Shown: positions 20,378-30,249 of the stretch, piece by piece | Numbering within the stretch: the first letter of the stretch is position 1 | How the letters are laid out: every line of letters starts with the position of its first letter | Assembly: GCA_963662585.1 (NCBI GenBank) | Contig: OY759729.1 | Location: 1,760,001-1,824,000 of the forward strand | Reading direction: 5' to 3' | Length of the DNA: 64,000 nt | Origin: Candidatus Cloacimonadales bacterium | GTDB taxonomy: Bacteria; Cloacimonadota; Cloacimonadia; Cloacimonadales; JAFGVF01 | Translations under genes and position numbers: made by a program | The notes under the pieces: model-generated | Database searches by the model: none | What the model saw: the letters and a program-made list of their open reading frames with translations, nothing else | Told to the model about the DNA's origin: nothing

Positions 20378-21307
20378 ATGTTAAATATTGCACCTGTTTT
20401 ACTTATTGGTTTTAACAGACCAGAGATAATAAAGCAGTCATTTGCTAGAATTCGTGAAGTCAAACCTTCAAAACTCTATATTGCTATAGATGGACCTAGA
20501 TCTGAAGTGGAAAATGAAAAAGACTTAGTTGAACAGGTGAAAAAAGAAGTTTCACTTGTTGATTGGGACTGTGAGGTTCATTATAAATACAATGAAACAA
20601 ATAAAGGAGCTGAAGTTACAGTTTCTTCCGCAATAAGCTGGGTTTTAAAAGAAGAAGAATTTGTTATAATTATCGAAGATGATGTTATAGCCTCAAAGGC
20701 CTTTTTTCAATTTGCTGAGGAGATGTTAGTAAAATATAAAGATGTACCTAGGGTATCATCGATTACTGCTTCGAATTTTACTCCTATACCATTTCCCGAT
20801 AATACAGATTATTGTTTTGCTAAATATGGCCATAGCGGTGGAGGTTGGGCTACTTGGAAAAGACAATGGAATAACTTTGATTTAAATATTGAAATAAAAA
20901 AAGAACATCTACAAAAGAGATTCTTAAGTACAATTTGTAACAGTGAAAAAGAAGCAAAATATTATCAGAATTTATTTAAAATTATGAGGAAAAAGGGAAT
21001 TGGAAACAACACCTGGGATGTTATAGGTTTATACAATTCTCGTGTAAATGATAAGTTATCAATAATTCCGAGAGTTAATTTATCTTCAAATATTGGAATT
21101 TATGGATATCATGCTTCCGGAAAGACAGCTTTTCATTATATGGAGTATGATGATAATTTTATTGTAAATAAACATCCTAAAGAAGTGAAATGTTTTACTG
21201 AATATGATAAACATCATTTTGAAGAATACATTTGCCAAAAGAAAAGAAATATATTATATCGAATAATGCGAAAATTTAACCGGATGATAAAAGGAAATAA
21301 TAAATGA
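20378..21307 (+). CDS. GT-A fold glycosyltransferase
   Basis: PVLLIGFNRP, IAIDGPR, IIEDD, GWATW, WD, NIG. Confidence 0.8.
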   Translation: MLNIAPVLLIGFNRPEIIKQSFARIREVKPSKLYIAIDGPRSEVENEKDLVEQVKKEVSLVDWDCEVHYKYNETNKGAEVTVSSAISWVLKEEEFVIIIEDDVIASKAFFQFAEEMLVKYKDVPRVSSITASNFTPIPFPDNTDYCFAKYGHSGGGWATWKRQWNNFDLNIEIKKEHLQKRFLSTICNSEKEAKYYQNLFKIMRKKGIGNNTWDVIGLYNSRVNDKLSIIPRVNLSSNIGIYGYHASGKTAFHYMEYDDNFIVNKHPKEVKCFTEYDKHHFEEYICQKKRNILYRIMRKFNRMIKGNNK

Positions 21308-21999
21308 AAGCAGTAATATTAGCAGGTGGCTTAGGTACAAGATTAAAACCTTTTACAGAGATAATACCCAAACCATTATTACCAATTGGCGAAAAATCAG
21401 TACTTGAGATCCAAATAGAAGCATTAAAAAAACACGGATTTGATGAAATATACCTAGCAACAAATTATAAATCTGAGTATATTGCTAATTTCTTTGGAGA
21501 CGGATCAAACTTTGGGGTAAAATTATCCATAAGTAAAGAGACTAAACGACTTGGAACGGTCGGTCCTCTTACCCTATTAAAAGATGTTCTTACAGAACCC
21601 TTTTTAATGATGAATGGAGATATTTTAACCCTACTAGATTATAAAAAAATGTATGACTATGCCCTGGAAAAAGAGACAGTTCTTACCATAGGTATTAAGG
21701 AAATAGTTACACCTTTCCAGTTTGGGAACATATTTTATGATGGTGATTATGTTACAGGTATAGAAGAGAAACCAAATATTAGAACAAAAATTCTAGCGGG
21801 TGTGTATATTTTCAAACCCGATATTTTTAACTGGGTTCCTGATGATACATATTATGGGATGGATACCCTTATTGAAACAATGATTGAACAGCAAGAGAAG
21901 ATTGCAAAATATGAAATCAACGAATATTGGTTAGATATAGGGCAAGTTGCTGATTATGAGAAAGCCCAAGAGATATATAAAGAAAAATTTCAGGAATAA
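21304..21999 (+). CDS. Sugar-phosphate nucleotidyltransferase
   Basis: AVILAGGLGTRLKP.T..IPKPLLP, LGT.GPL, NGDIL, YWLDIG. Confidence 0.9.
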   Translation: MKAVILAGGLGTRLKPFTEIIPKPLLPIGEKSVLEIQIEALKKHGFDEIYLATNYKSEYIANFFGDGSNFGVKLSISKETKRLGTVGPLTLLKDVLTEPFLMMNGDILTLLDYKKMYDYALEKETVLTIGIKEIVTPFQFGNIFYDGDYVTGIEEKPNIRTKILAGVYIFKPDIFNWVPDDTYYGMDTLIETMIEQQEKIAKYEINEYWLDIGQVADYEKAQEIYKEKFQE

Positions 22000-22001
22000 A
22001 T

Positions 22002-23102
22002 ATGGAAAAAGTGAATGTTTTAGTAATTGGAGCTGGGGTCGTAGGTTTAGCTATAGCTGAAGAACTTTCTAAAACGGTAGAAGACGTTGTTGTTTTAGAA
22101 TCAGAAAGATCTTTTGGAAGGCATACTAGTAGTCGTAATAGTGAAGTAATTCACTCAGGAATATATTACCCTAAAGATTCTTTAAAAGCTAAAATGTGCG
22201 TTAAGGGTGCGAAAACTCTTTATGAGTATGCCGATACCCATAGTATTCCCTATAATAAATGTGGTAAACTTATCGTAGCTAATTGTGATGAAGAATACAA
22301 ACAATTAGAAAAGCTTCTAGAAATAGGAATAAATAATGGGGTGGAAGGATTAAAAATAATAGAACAAGCTGAGATAAATAAAATTGAGCCACTAATCAAA
22401 GCAACAAAAGCACTTTATGTAACAAACACAGGAATAATTAATACTCACCTGTTAATGGAAAAGATAGAAGAGAATATTGAAGAAAATGGTGGGTTTGTAA
22501 TTTATGATTCTGAAGTGAAGGAAATCAAAAAAGTAGCTGAGGGCTATGAAGTTATAAGTGGGGACGGCGAGACATATCTCACAAAGTACTTGGTTAACTC
22601 AGCTGGTTTATGTTCAGATAAAATTGCAGAGCTAGTGGGTATCGATACTAAAAGCAATAATATTGAATTACATCTCTGCAAAGGTGAATACTATAAAGAT
22701 AATTCAATAAAAAACATTAATCATTTAATATACCCAGTACCTGATCCTCAAGGTATATTCCTAGGAATTCACCTCACGATTAATTTAAACAATGAAGTGC
22801 GATTTGGACCAAATGCTTACTATTTAGGTGATATAGATTATAAAAATGATGAAAGATATAAGACTGATTTTCTGCAAGCTATAAGTAGGTATATGGATAT
22901 TAATCCTGCTAATTTACATTTTGATGATTGTGGGATAAGACCTAAATTACAAGGACCAAATGATGGTTTTAGAGATTTCTATATTGAAGAAGAGACTGAA
23001 AAAGGATTTCCAAAATTTATAAATTTGATTGGGATTGAATCACCTGGGCTTACATCGTGTTTGGCTATAGCGGAATATGTGAGGAAGATGTTGAATCGTT
23101 GA
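22002..23102 (+). CDS. FAD-dependent oxidoreductase, L-2-hydroxyglutarate oxidase family
   Basis: GAGVVGLA, TSSRNSEVIHSGIYY, KGEYY, GIRPK, GIESPGLT. Confidence 0.9.
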   Translation: MEKVNVLVIGAGVVGLAIAEELSKTVEDVVVLESERSFGRHTSSRNSEVIHSGIYYPKDSLKAKMCVKGAKTLYEYADTHSIPYNKCGKLIVANCDEEYKQLEKLLEIGINNGVEGLKIIEQAEINKIEPLIKATKALYVTNTGIINTHLLMEKIEENIEENGGFVIYDSEVKEIKKVAEGYEVISGDGETYLTKYLVNSAGLCSDKIAELVGIDTKSNNIELHLCKGEYYKDNSIKNINHLIYPVPDPQGIFLGIHLTINLNNEVRFGPNAYYLGDIDYKNDERYKTDFLQAISRYMDINPANLHFDDCGIRPKLQGPNDGFRDFYIEEETEKGFPKFINLIGIESPGLTSCLAIAEYVRKMLNR

Positions 23103-23194
23103 TTTGTTGAATTGTTTAATTGAGAGAGTCAAACACGAAAACACAAATAGGAAAAGATGTTTAACTGTTGATTTGTTTAATCGTTTAATTGAAA
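23088..23194 (+). repeat. Two left-type 8-bp period arrays (TTGTTTAA/TTGTTGAT) at 23088-23123 and 23157-23194
   Basis: atgttgaa-tcgttgat-ttgttgaa-ttgtttaa-ttga and atgtttaa-ctgttgat-ttgtttaa-tcgtttaa-ttga; first contains the upstream stop codon. Confidence 0.85.
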
Positions 23195-23330
23195 GATATT
23201 AACAACAAAAACGAAAAATAAAAAATTAATTATAGCCTTGTTTTCGGCTTAGTTTGTCAGTGTTAATTTATGAACAATAAGTATAGAGAAGAAAAAATAT
23301 AAACATAATATACATAAAAGGAGCTTAACA

Positions 23331-24305
23331 ATGGAAAAAGTATTAATTACTGGTGCTGCAGGTTATATTGGTTCTGTCTTGGTGAATCAATTACTCAGTG
23401 ATAATAAAAAAGTTATAGCCTTTGATATTTTAAATTTTGGTGGCGAATCACTTCTTTCAGTGTATAACCATCCAAATTTTACTTTTGTTAGAGGTGATGT
23501 AAGAGTTAAAGAAGATTATGAAAAACTTTTAGATCAAGTTGATTCTGTAGTTCATCTTGCTGCAATAGTTGGAGACCCTGCTTGTTCTAAGTTACCAGAA
23601 ATTGCTACTGCAACAAACTGGGAAGCTTCAAAAGAACTATTTGATTTATGTAATAAGAAGGAAAATATTAAGAGATTTGTTTTTGCTTCAACTTGTAGCA
23701 ATTATGGAAAAATGGAAGGTAATGACTTTTTAAATGAAGAGTCTCCCTTGAACCCTGTTTCTCTTTATGCAAAATTAAAAGTTAAATTTGAAAAGCATCT
23801 TTTAGAGAGCGAAATTAGAGAAGATTTTGTCCCAACTGCTTTAAGATTTTCTACTGTTTATGGAATCTCTCCAAGAATTAGATTTGATTTAACAGTAAAT
23901 GAATTTGTTAGAGAACTATCTTTTGATAGAGAATTGGTGATATTCGGAGAGCAATTTTGGAGACCATATTGCCATGTTGAAGATCTTGCCAGAGCTTGTG
24001 TTCTTGTTTTAAAATCAGACCCAAAATTAGTAAGACAAGATGTCTTTGGTGTTGGTGATAGTAATGAAAATTATCAAAAGAAAATGTTAGCAGAGATAAT
24101 GCAAGACATTATTCCTAATAGTAAGATTAAGTATGTAAAGAGAGATGAAGATCCAAGAGATTACAGAGTTGAATTCTCAAAAATAGCGAATAAATTAGGA
24201 TTTAAAATAACAAAAAGAGTTCCTGATTCAGTAGAAGCAATCCATAAACTGCTTAAATCAGGGGTATTGATAGATCCGTGGGGTAAGAAATACCAGAATA
24301 TCTAA
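23331..24305 (+). CDS. NAD-dependent epimerase/dehydratase
   Basis: TGAAGYIG, HLAAIVGDPAC, ASTCSNYG, YxxxK (YAKLK), RFDLTVN. Confidence 0.9.
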   Translation: MEKVLITGAAGYIGSVLVNQLLSDNKKVIAFDILNFGGESLLSVYNHPNFTFVRGDVRVKEDYEKLLDQVDSVVHLAAIVGDPACSKLPEIATATNWEASKELFDLCNKKENIKRFVFASTCSNYGKMEGNDFLNEESPLNPVSLYAKLKVKFEKHLLESEIREDFVPTALRFSTVYGISPRIRFDLTVNEFVRELSFDRELVIFGEQFWRPYCHVEDLARACVLVLKSDPKLVRQDVFGVGDSNENYQKKMLAEIMQDIIPNSKIKYVKRDEDPRDYRVEFSKIANKLGFKITKRVPDSVEAIHKLLKSGVLIDPWGKKYQNI

Positions 24306-24317
24306 ATCCTGATAGGA

Positions 24318-24863
24318 TTGTTTAACTGTTGATTTGTTTAATTGTTTAATTGAAAAAGAAGGATACAATATGGGCTATATGTTTTCTTTTGAAAGATTGG
24401 AAACATGGCAACTATCTAAAAGATTTGTTATACAAATATATAAAATTACAGACCAGTTTCCAAATAATGAGAAATTTGGATTAGTATCACAGATAAACAG
24501 AGCAGCAGTTTCTGTTCCTTCAAATTTAGCAGAAGGAACTTCTAGAACTTCTTCAAAAGATCAAGCACACTTATCGCAGTTAGCTTTTAGTTCTTTAATG
24601 GAAGTTATTTGTCAGCTCAGTATTGCTCATGAGTTAAAGTTTATTAAGCAAGAAGATTATTATAACCTTAGAAAACTAGCTGAAGAAATCTCAAACAAGA
24701 TTAACTCTTTACGAAACTATCAATTAAACAGTTAGAAACATCAACAGTTCAACATTAAATTAGACAATATGCAGGCAAAGCCAACTAAACTCTAAACAGT
24801 TTAACAAAGTGGCTGATTAATAAGCTATCAATTAAACAACTAAACAAATCAACGATTAAACAA
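24318..24863 (+). mobile_element. Four-helix-bundle gene cassette bounded by 36-bp inverted 8-bp-period arms (24318-24353 / 24828-24863)
   Basis: ttgtttaactgttgatttgtttaattgtttaattga vs reverse complement of tcaattaaacaactaaacaaatcaacgattaaacaa: 33/36; extra right arm at 24720-24754; mobility inferred. Confidence 0.65.
24370..24735 (+). CDS. Four helix bundle protein (23S rRNA IVS-protein / Avd-like family)
   Basis: FSFERLETWQ, IYKIT..FP..EKFGLVSQI.RAAVSVPSNLAEG, A.SSLMEV; SD GAAGGA before ATG 24370. Confidence 0.93.
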   Translation: MGYMFSFERLETWQLSKRFVIQIYKITDQFPNNEKFGLVSQINRAAVSVPSNLAEGTSRTSSKDQAHLSQLAFSSLMEVICQLSIAHELKFIKQEDYYNLRKLAEEISNKINSLRNYQLNS

Positions 24864-24872
24864 GGTCATTAT

Positions 24873-26048
24873 ATGTTAAAGTATCAAGAAGTTATAAATT
24901 TTATCCGTGATATCTATGGAACAAACGATTTCATCCCTCTTCATGAGCCTCGTTTTTGGGGTAATGAAAAGAAATACTTGGAAGAGTGTATTGATTCTAC
25001 CTTTGTCTCCTCTGTGGGGAAATTTGTAGATCAAATAGAATCAGAGATTGCTAAATATACTGGAGCTAAGAAGGCTATCGCTGTGGTGAATGGAACTGCG
25101 GCTTTACACATAGCTCTAAAATTAGTAGGAGTAGAGCCTGATACTGAGGTGATTACTCAACCACTTACTTTTATTGCTACTGCTAATGCTATTTCATATT
25201 GTGGAGCAAAGCCTATTTTCTTAGATGTTGATAGAGATACTATGGGATTATCTCCATTAGCGTTAAAGAAATTTTTCGAAAACGAAACAGAAATTAACAA
25301 ATCAACAAATAAACGAATCAACAAATCAACAAAAAAAGAAATTACTGCTTGTGTTCCAATGCATACCTTTGGTCATGCTTGTAGAATAGACGAAATAGTT
25401 GCTATCTGTGATGAGTATAATATTCCTGTTGTGGAAGATTCTGCTGAATCAATAGGAAGTCATTATAAGGGAAAACATACAGGTACTTTTGGGAAGATAG
25501 GTGTCTTAAGCTTTAATGGTAATAAGACTATCACTTCTGGTGGTGGTGGGATGATTATAACTGATGATGAAGATTTGGCTAAACTCGCAAAGCATCTAAC
25601 AACTACTGCAAAGATCCCTCATAAATGGGAATACAGGCATGATTATGTTGGTTACAACTACCGTATGCCTAATATTAATGCTGCACTTGCTTGTGCTCAA
25701 TTAGAGCAATTAGATGGCTTTATTGAGAAGAAAAGAGATTTAGCAAAGAGATACTCTGAATTTTTTTTAGATCAACAAATCAACAAATCAACAAATCAAC
25801 CGCAGTTTTTTTTTGAACCCAAAAACAGCCTATCAAATTATTGGCTCAATGTTGTAATTTTAGAAAATAGGGAAGAGAGAGATTTATTTTTGAAAGAAAC
25901 TAATGAAAATGGTGTAATGACAAGACCTATTTGGACATTAATGAATAAATTAGAGATGTTTAGAGATTGCTACACTGATGGATTAGAAAACGCTGAGTGG
26001 TTGGAAGATAGAGTCGTTAATATATTAAGTTCAGTAATTCATGGATAG
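24873..26048 (+). CDS. LegC-family PLP aminotransferase (DegT/DnrJ/EryC1/StrS)
   Basis: FIPLHEP.F.GNE..YL.ECIDSTFVSSVG, SFNGNK.IT.GGGG, AKHLTTTAK, GYNYRMPNINAAL. Confidence 0.92.
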   Translation: MLKYQEVINFIRDIYGTNDFIPLHEPRFWGNEKKYLEECIDSTFVSSVGKFVDQIESEIAKYTGAKKAIAVVNGTAALHIALKLVGVEPDTEVITQPLTFIATANAISYCGAKPIFLDVDRDTMGLSPLALKKFFENETEINKSTNKRINKSTKKEITACVPMHTFGHACRIDEIVAICDEYNIPVVEDSAESIGSHYKGKHTGTFGKIGVLSFNGNKTITSGGGGMIITDDEDLAKLAKHLTTTAKIPHKWEYRHDYVGYNYRMPNINAALACAQLEQLDGFIEKKRDLAKRYSEFFLDQQINKSTNQPQFFFEPKNSLSNYWLNVVILENREERDLFLKETNENGVMTRPIWTLMNKLEMFRDCYTDGLENAEWLEDRVVNILSSVIHG

Positions 26049-26053
26049 ATAAA

Positions 26054-26578
26054 ATGAAGAACAAATTTACTATGTGTGATATAAAATTTAGATGTTTGGA
26101 ACTTGAAGATGCTGAAAGATTATACTCTATTCATAATAATAAGTTGATAAAGGATTGTTATTCTGGTCATCCATTTCCTGTTAGTTTAGAAAGTACTCAA
26201 AAATGGATAAGAAGTGTTTCTGAACCAAACAATAAACTATCCCTCTTTGGAATAGAGGTAGAAGAGAAATTTGTTGGAATATGTGGTTTAAAAGGGATTA
26301 ATCATATAAATAGCAATGCTGAATTATTTATCTTTTTAGATCCTAACCAACAAGGTAAGGGGTTTGCAAGTTTAAGTGTCGCGAAATTACTTGATTTTGG
26401 TTTTAGTTCGTTGAACCTGAACAGAATATTTTTGCAGGTTCAAGCTGATAACACAAAAGCAATTAATTTATATACAAAAAATAAGTTTGTTGTTGAAGGC
26501 GAGTTACGTAAAGCAGTTTTTAAGAATAATAAATATATTAATGTTATTGTTATGGCTATCCTAAAAGAGGATTTTTAA
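26054..26578 (+). CDS. GNAT (RimJ/RimL-like) N-acetyltransferase
   Basis: QGKGFA, F..LNLNRI.L.V..DN..AI.LY.K..F..EG.LR. Confidence 0.85.
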   Translation: MKNKFTMCDIKFRCLELEDAERLYSIHNNKLIKDCYSGHPFPVSLESTQKWIRSVSEPNNKLSLFGIEVEEKFVGICGLKGINHINSNAELFIFLDPNQQGKGFASLSVAKLLDFGFSSLNLNRIFLQVQADNTKAINLYTKNKFVVEGELRKAVFKNNKYINVIVMAILKEDF

Positions 26579-27646
26579 ATGAATTATAGAATTTTATCAT
26601 CGAAAGATAAACAAGAATGGAATAAATACTTTGAATTATTACCAATTGAGCAACAAGATGTTTATTATACGCCAGAGTATCATCAATTATATGAAGAGAA
26701 TGGAGATGGCAAGGCTCAGTGTTTTTTATTTGAAGAAGATGGAAAGGTTGCTTTATATCCATACTTAATCAACTCGGTTAATGAACTTGGTTACCAATTC
26801 AATGAAGAGTATTTTGATATACAAGGGGCGTACGGATATAATGGAGTTGTTGCAAATTGCTATGATAGCGACTTTATAGATCGTTTCTTTAAAATATTTG
26901 ATGCATATTGTTTAAAAGAAAATATTATCGCTGAATTTACGCGATATAATCCAATACTTGAAAATCATGAATTTGAATCTAGGTTTGAACCGATATACGC
27001 ATTAGATAATGTTCTTATAGATATTTCTACTGATATTGATACCATCTGGAGAGAATCATTTGATAATGGGGTTCGTAAGGCTGTAAAAAAAGGAATCAGA
27101 AATGAGCTGGAATATATAAGTTTTCGCGGTGATGAAATTACTGATGATTTATTAAAAGCATTTTTAGATATTTATTATTCAACTATGGATAGAAATAACG
27201 CTAGTAATTTCTATTATTTTTCAGAAGATTATTTTTATCAAATGAAAAATTTAATTCCTGAAAGGATATTATTTAGTTTTGTGTTAAAAGATAAAAAAAT
27301 CATTTCAGTTGAGTTGAATTTACTAAATACTGCTAATTCTTATGGCTTTTTAGGTGGGACTCTTGCTGATTATTTTCAAATCTCTCCTAATAGCTTTTTA
27401 AGGTTTGAACTTATAAAAGATCTTAAAAAGAGAGGTATTCTGAATTATTCAATAGGGGGTGGCATCACTAAGAATGATTCTAAATATAAATATAAAAAAA
27501 GTTTTTCAAAGAATATTGAAAGCAAGTTTTTTATTGGAAAAAAAATTCATAATGAAAAGATATATAAACATGTGATAAATCAGTGGAAAAGTATTTATAG
27601 CAAAGAAGATAATAATAAATTATTAAGATATAGGGATGTTAAATGA
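26579..27646 (+). CDS. GNAT/FemAB-like acyltransferase
   Basis: DVYYTPEY, YGYNG, F..IYYSTM.RN.A..FYYFS..YF, GGG, YKKSF. Confidence 0.75.
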   Translation: MNYRILSSKDKQEWNKYFELLPIEQQDVYYTPEYHQLYEENGDGKAQCFLFEEDGKVALYPYLINSVNELGYQFNEEYFDIQGAYGYNGVVANCYDSDFIDRFFKIFDAYCLKENIIAEFTRYNPILENHEFESRFEPIYALDNVLIDISTDIDTIWRESFDNGVRKAVKKGIRNELEYISFRGDEITDDLLKAFLDIYYSTMDRNNASNFYYFSEDYFYQMKNLIPERILFSFVLKDKKIISVELNLLNTANSYGFLGGTLADYFQISPNSFLRFELIKDLKKRGILNYSIGGGITKNDSKYKYKKSFSKNIESKFFIGKKIHNEKIYKHVINQWKSIYSKEDNNKLLRYRDVK

Positions 27647-28854
27647 GGATCGCACTGATATGCCATTTTTCCAATAAGGAAGTTCAAAATATAATCAAAC
27701 CTTGGAAAAAAATAAATGAATTCGCTCCCTGGATTTCCTATTATATAGATGAATTTTGGAAACATCCTGAACATCATTTTTACATTATTTCCCCTCATCA
27801 GTGGTTAAAAAAAGACAAAATATATACTGAGGGGAATATAACGTTTTATTTGTTTAAATATGGGGTTCCATTAATAGGTAGAAGATGGCCTTTTACATTT
27901 GATTTAGATTATTATACTGGGTATAAAAAGAACATTAAAAAGGTAAAAAATTACATAGATGCTATAAACCCTGATGTCATTAATTTAATTGGCGCTGAGA
28001 ATCCATATTACTCTTCATCTATTATGCAATTTAAAGATAAGTATCCAGTTTTACTCACAATTCAGGGGTTTGTAGGTAGAGCAAGATTAGATTTTAAACT
28101 GACCAAGTATTGGAAGTATAGATTAGATTTAGAAAATTCGATAATATCTACATTTAATCATTTTTGTATCAGAACTGAGGAAATGTTTAATTACATAAAA
28201 ACTATTAACCCACAGGCAATAGCTTACAGGTTCAATTTTCCCACACCTTACGGTAAAATTCAGATAACAGAAAAAAAGAAAGAATATGATTTTGTGTTTT
28301 TTGCAAGAATTTCTAAAGAGAAGGGAATTTATGATTATCTTAATGCTATAAAAAATATTAAAAATAAGTTGCCGACAATAAAAGCGATTATAGTTGGCCC
28401 TTGCAGTATTAAAATGAAAAATAAAGTATTAGATTATATAAAAGCTAATAATATTCAAAATAATATTGAATTTATAGGATTTTTACCAAACCAACACGAG
28501 TTATTTGTGAAAATTAAAAGCGCTAAGATATCTGTTCTTCCAACATATAATGACTTGATTTCGGGAACTATTATTGAAAGTATGTTTCTCAGCTTACCAG
28601 TTGTTACATATAGAACAGGTAGCATTCCTGAGGTTAATAAGGATAGGGAAAATATTTTGATTTGTGAACAAGGTAATCAGCAAGCATTAGCTCAAGAAAT
28701 GTATAGGCTGTTAATGGATACTACACTGCAAGAAGAATTATCTTTATATGGTAAGGAGTGGGTTAGTGAAAGATATAATAATGAAAAAGCAATGTCAGGT
28801 TATTTCAAAGCATTAAAGCAGATAATCAAAGAATTTAAAAATAAAAGGAACTAA
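27643..28854 (+). CDS. Glycosyltransferase family 4
   Basis: FARISKEKG, IIESM...LPVV...GSIPE. Confidence 0.85.
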   Translation: MRIALICHFSNKEVQNIIKPWKKINEFAPWISYYIDEFWKHPEHHFYIISPHQWLKKDKIYTEGNITFYLFKYGVPLIGRRWPFTFDLDYYTGYKKNIKKVKNYIDAINPDVINLIGAENPYYSSSIMQFKDKYPVLLTIQGFVGRARLDFKLTKYWKYRLDLENSIISTFNHFCIRTEEMFNYIKTINPQAIAYRFNFPTPYGKIQITEKKKEYDFVFFARISKEKGIYDYLNAIKNIKNKLPTIKAIIVGPCSIKMKNKVLDYIKANNIQNNIEFIGFLPNQHELFVKIKSAKISVLPTYNDLISGTIIESMFLSLPVVTYRTGSIPEVNKDRENILICEQGNQQALAQEMYRLLMDTTLQEELSLYGKEWVSERYNNEKAMSGYFKALKQIIKEFKNKRN

Positions 28855-28947
28855 ATGTGATACAAGAAACTCCAGTTTTACAAATTACTTTTAAGAGAAA
28901 CATTATTATTGATAAAATACATAAACAATATATGAAGTTATATACTA

Positions 28948-30249
28948 ATGTTACAAAAAGATAAGTTTAAACTAGTAGATGCTATTGTTTTAATGGGAAT
29001 GTTATCAACACTACTAAGTGTTTTAAGTAATAGACTGCCTGTAGGCTTAGGCAGTTTTAGGTTTTTCTGGGGTCCGGCGATTATAATTGTAATACTGATA
29101 ACTAAACCTCAATTGCTAATTAAAAGTCCAATAAAACAAGTAGCTCTATATGGATTTTTTGTAATTTTATTGCTCCAATATACTTTATGGAGACATCTGT
29201 CTGAACAGAATCATAGTAATATTGTGGAAGAATTTCGTAATATAATAAATTTTTCTATAATATGGGCATATTATTATTATTCCAAGAGAATGAGCATGTT
29301 TTCAAAGATATCTCGATTTAGTTTTGTATTTATTCTAATTACAATTATAACCACAAACATTGCATTAACAATTAATCCTCTTATAATTAGAGATTCAGCA
29401 AACAGTTTTTTTGCTGATGTTTCTCAAAGAAGGCTTTTTAGAATACTTGGTTCTGCCGGTTATGGTTATGCACAAGCTTTTGTAATGTTAATTCCAATAT
29501 TAATTTATCATATAAAGAAAAACACAAAACTAGTATTAACGAAAAGATGGCTTTGGCTCGTGTTGTTTGCAATAATTGTTACTACTTTGAGATCTCAAGT
29601 TTTTGCTAATATGCTAGTTATGATAGCGACCTCATTATTATCATTTGCAGGGTCTAAAAGAAGGAAAGCCATGTATCGTTATGTTTTTATATTTTTTCTC
29701 CTTTTTATAATAATACCCAATAGTACATACATTAATTTATTAAATTCGGTAAGCGAATACTTTCCTGAAGAATCTAATACATATTCAAAGATTAAAGATT
29801 TAGCTATGTTTATTGAAAATCCGGAATTAGAAATGACAACAGGTACTGGAAGTAGAGCTGCGCGATACCCTCTTCTTTTCGAAGCATTGTTAAGAAAACC
29901 TATATTTGGAGATGCTTCTTACGAAAGTAAAATGTCAATAGGTGCAGGTGGACATCTCTACCTGATGAATAAGTTGGCTCTTTTTGGTATTTTTGGTTTT
30001 TCTCTTTTTATTTACATGTTATATAAAATATATAAATCTATAAGTCGTTTAATTTATGATAATGAAATGGCGTTTTATTATTTTTTATCAGTATTAGCAT
30101 TTATAATGTTCGGATTAATCAAAACTGTTGGAGGAAGAGAAGTGTGGGTATTTTTAATAATAGTGATACCCGGACTATTTCTAGGTACTTTAGAAGATAT
30201 GGAACAAGAAAGATTATGTTCAGAGGAAAACAATGATGTTCAAAAATAA
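28948..30249 (+). CDS. Putative Wzy O-antigen polymerase/ligase-like membrane protein
   Basis: Polytopic; SR..R, KPIFG, GH..L..LA.FG.FG pattern; position in locus. Confidence 0.6.
   Translation: MLQKDKFKLVDAIVLMGMLSTLLSVLSNRLPVGLGSFRFFWGPAIIIVILITKPQLLIKSPIKQVALYGFFVILLLQYTLWRHLSEQNHSNIVEEFRNIINFSIIWAYYYYSKRMSMFSKISRFSFVFILITIITTNIALTINPLIIRDSANSFFADVSQRRLFRILGSAGYGYAQAFVMLIPILIYHIKKNTKLVLTKRWLWLVLFAIIVTTLRSQVFANMLVMIATSLLSFAGSKRRKAMYRYVFIFFLLFIIIPNSTYINLLNSVSEYFPEESNTYSKIKDLAMFIENPELEMTTGTGSRAARYPLLFEALLRKPIFGDASYESKMSIGAGGHLYLMNKLALFGIFGFSLFIYMLYKIYKSISRLIYDNEMAFYYFLSVLAFIMFGLIKTVGGREVWVFLIIVIPGLFLGTLEDMEQERLCSEENNDVQK

Noticed and set aside
9092..24735. Diversity-generating retroelement based on Avd-like genes
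   Set aside because: No reverse transcriptase and no template/variable repeat pair differing at adenines was seen
24370..24735. 23S rRNA gene with intervening sequence
   Set aside because: Flanks are protein-coding sugar genes; no rRNA-like sequence
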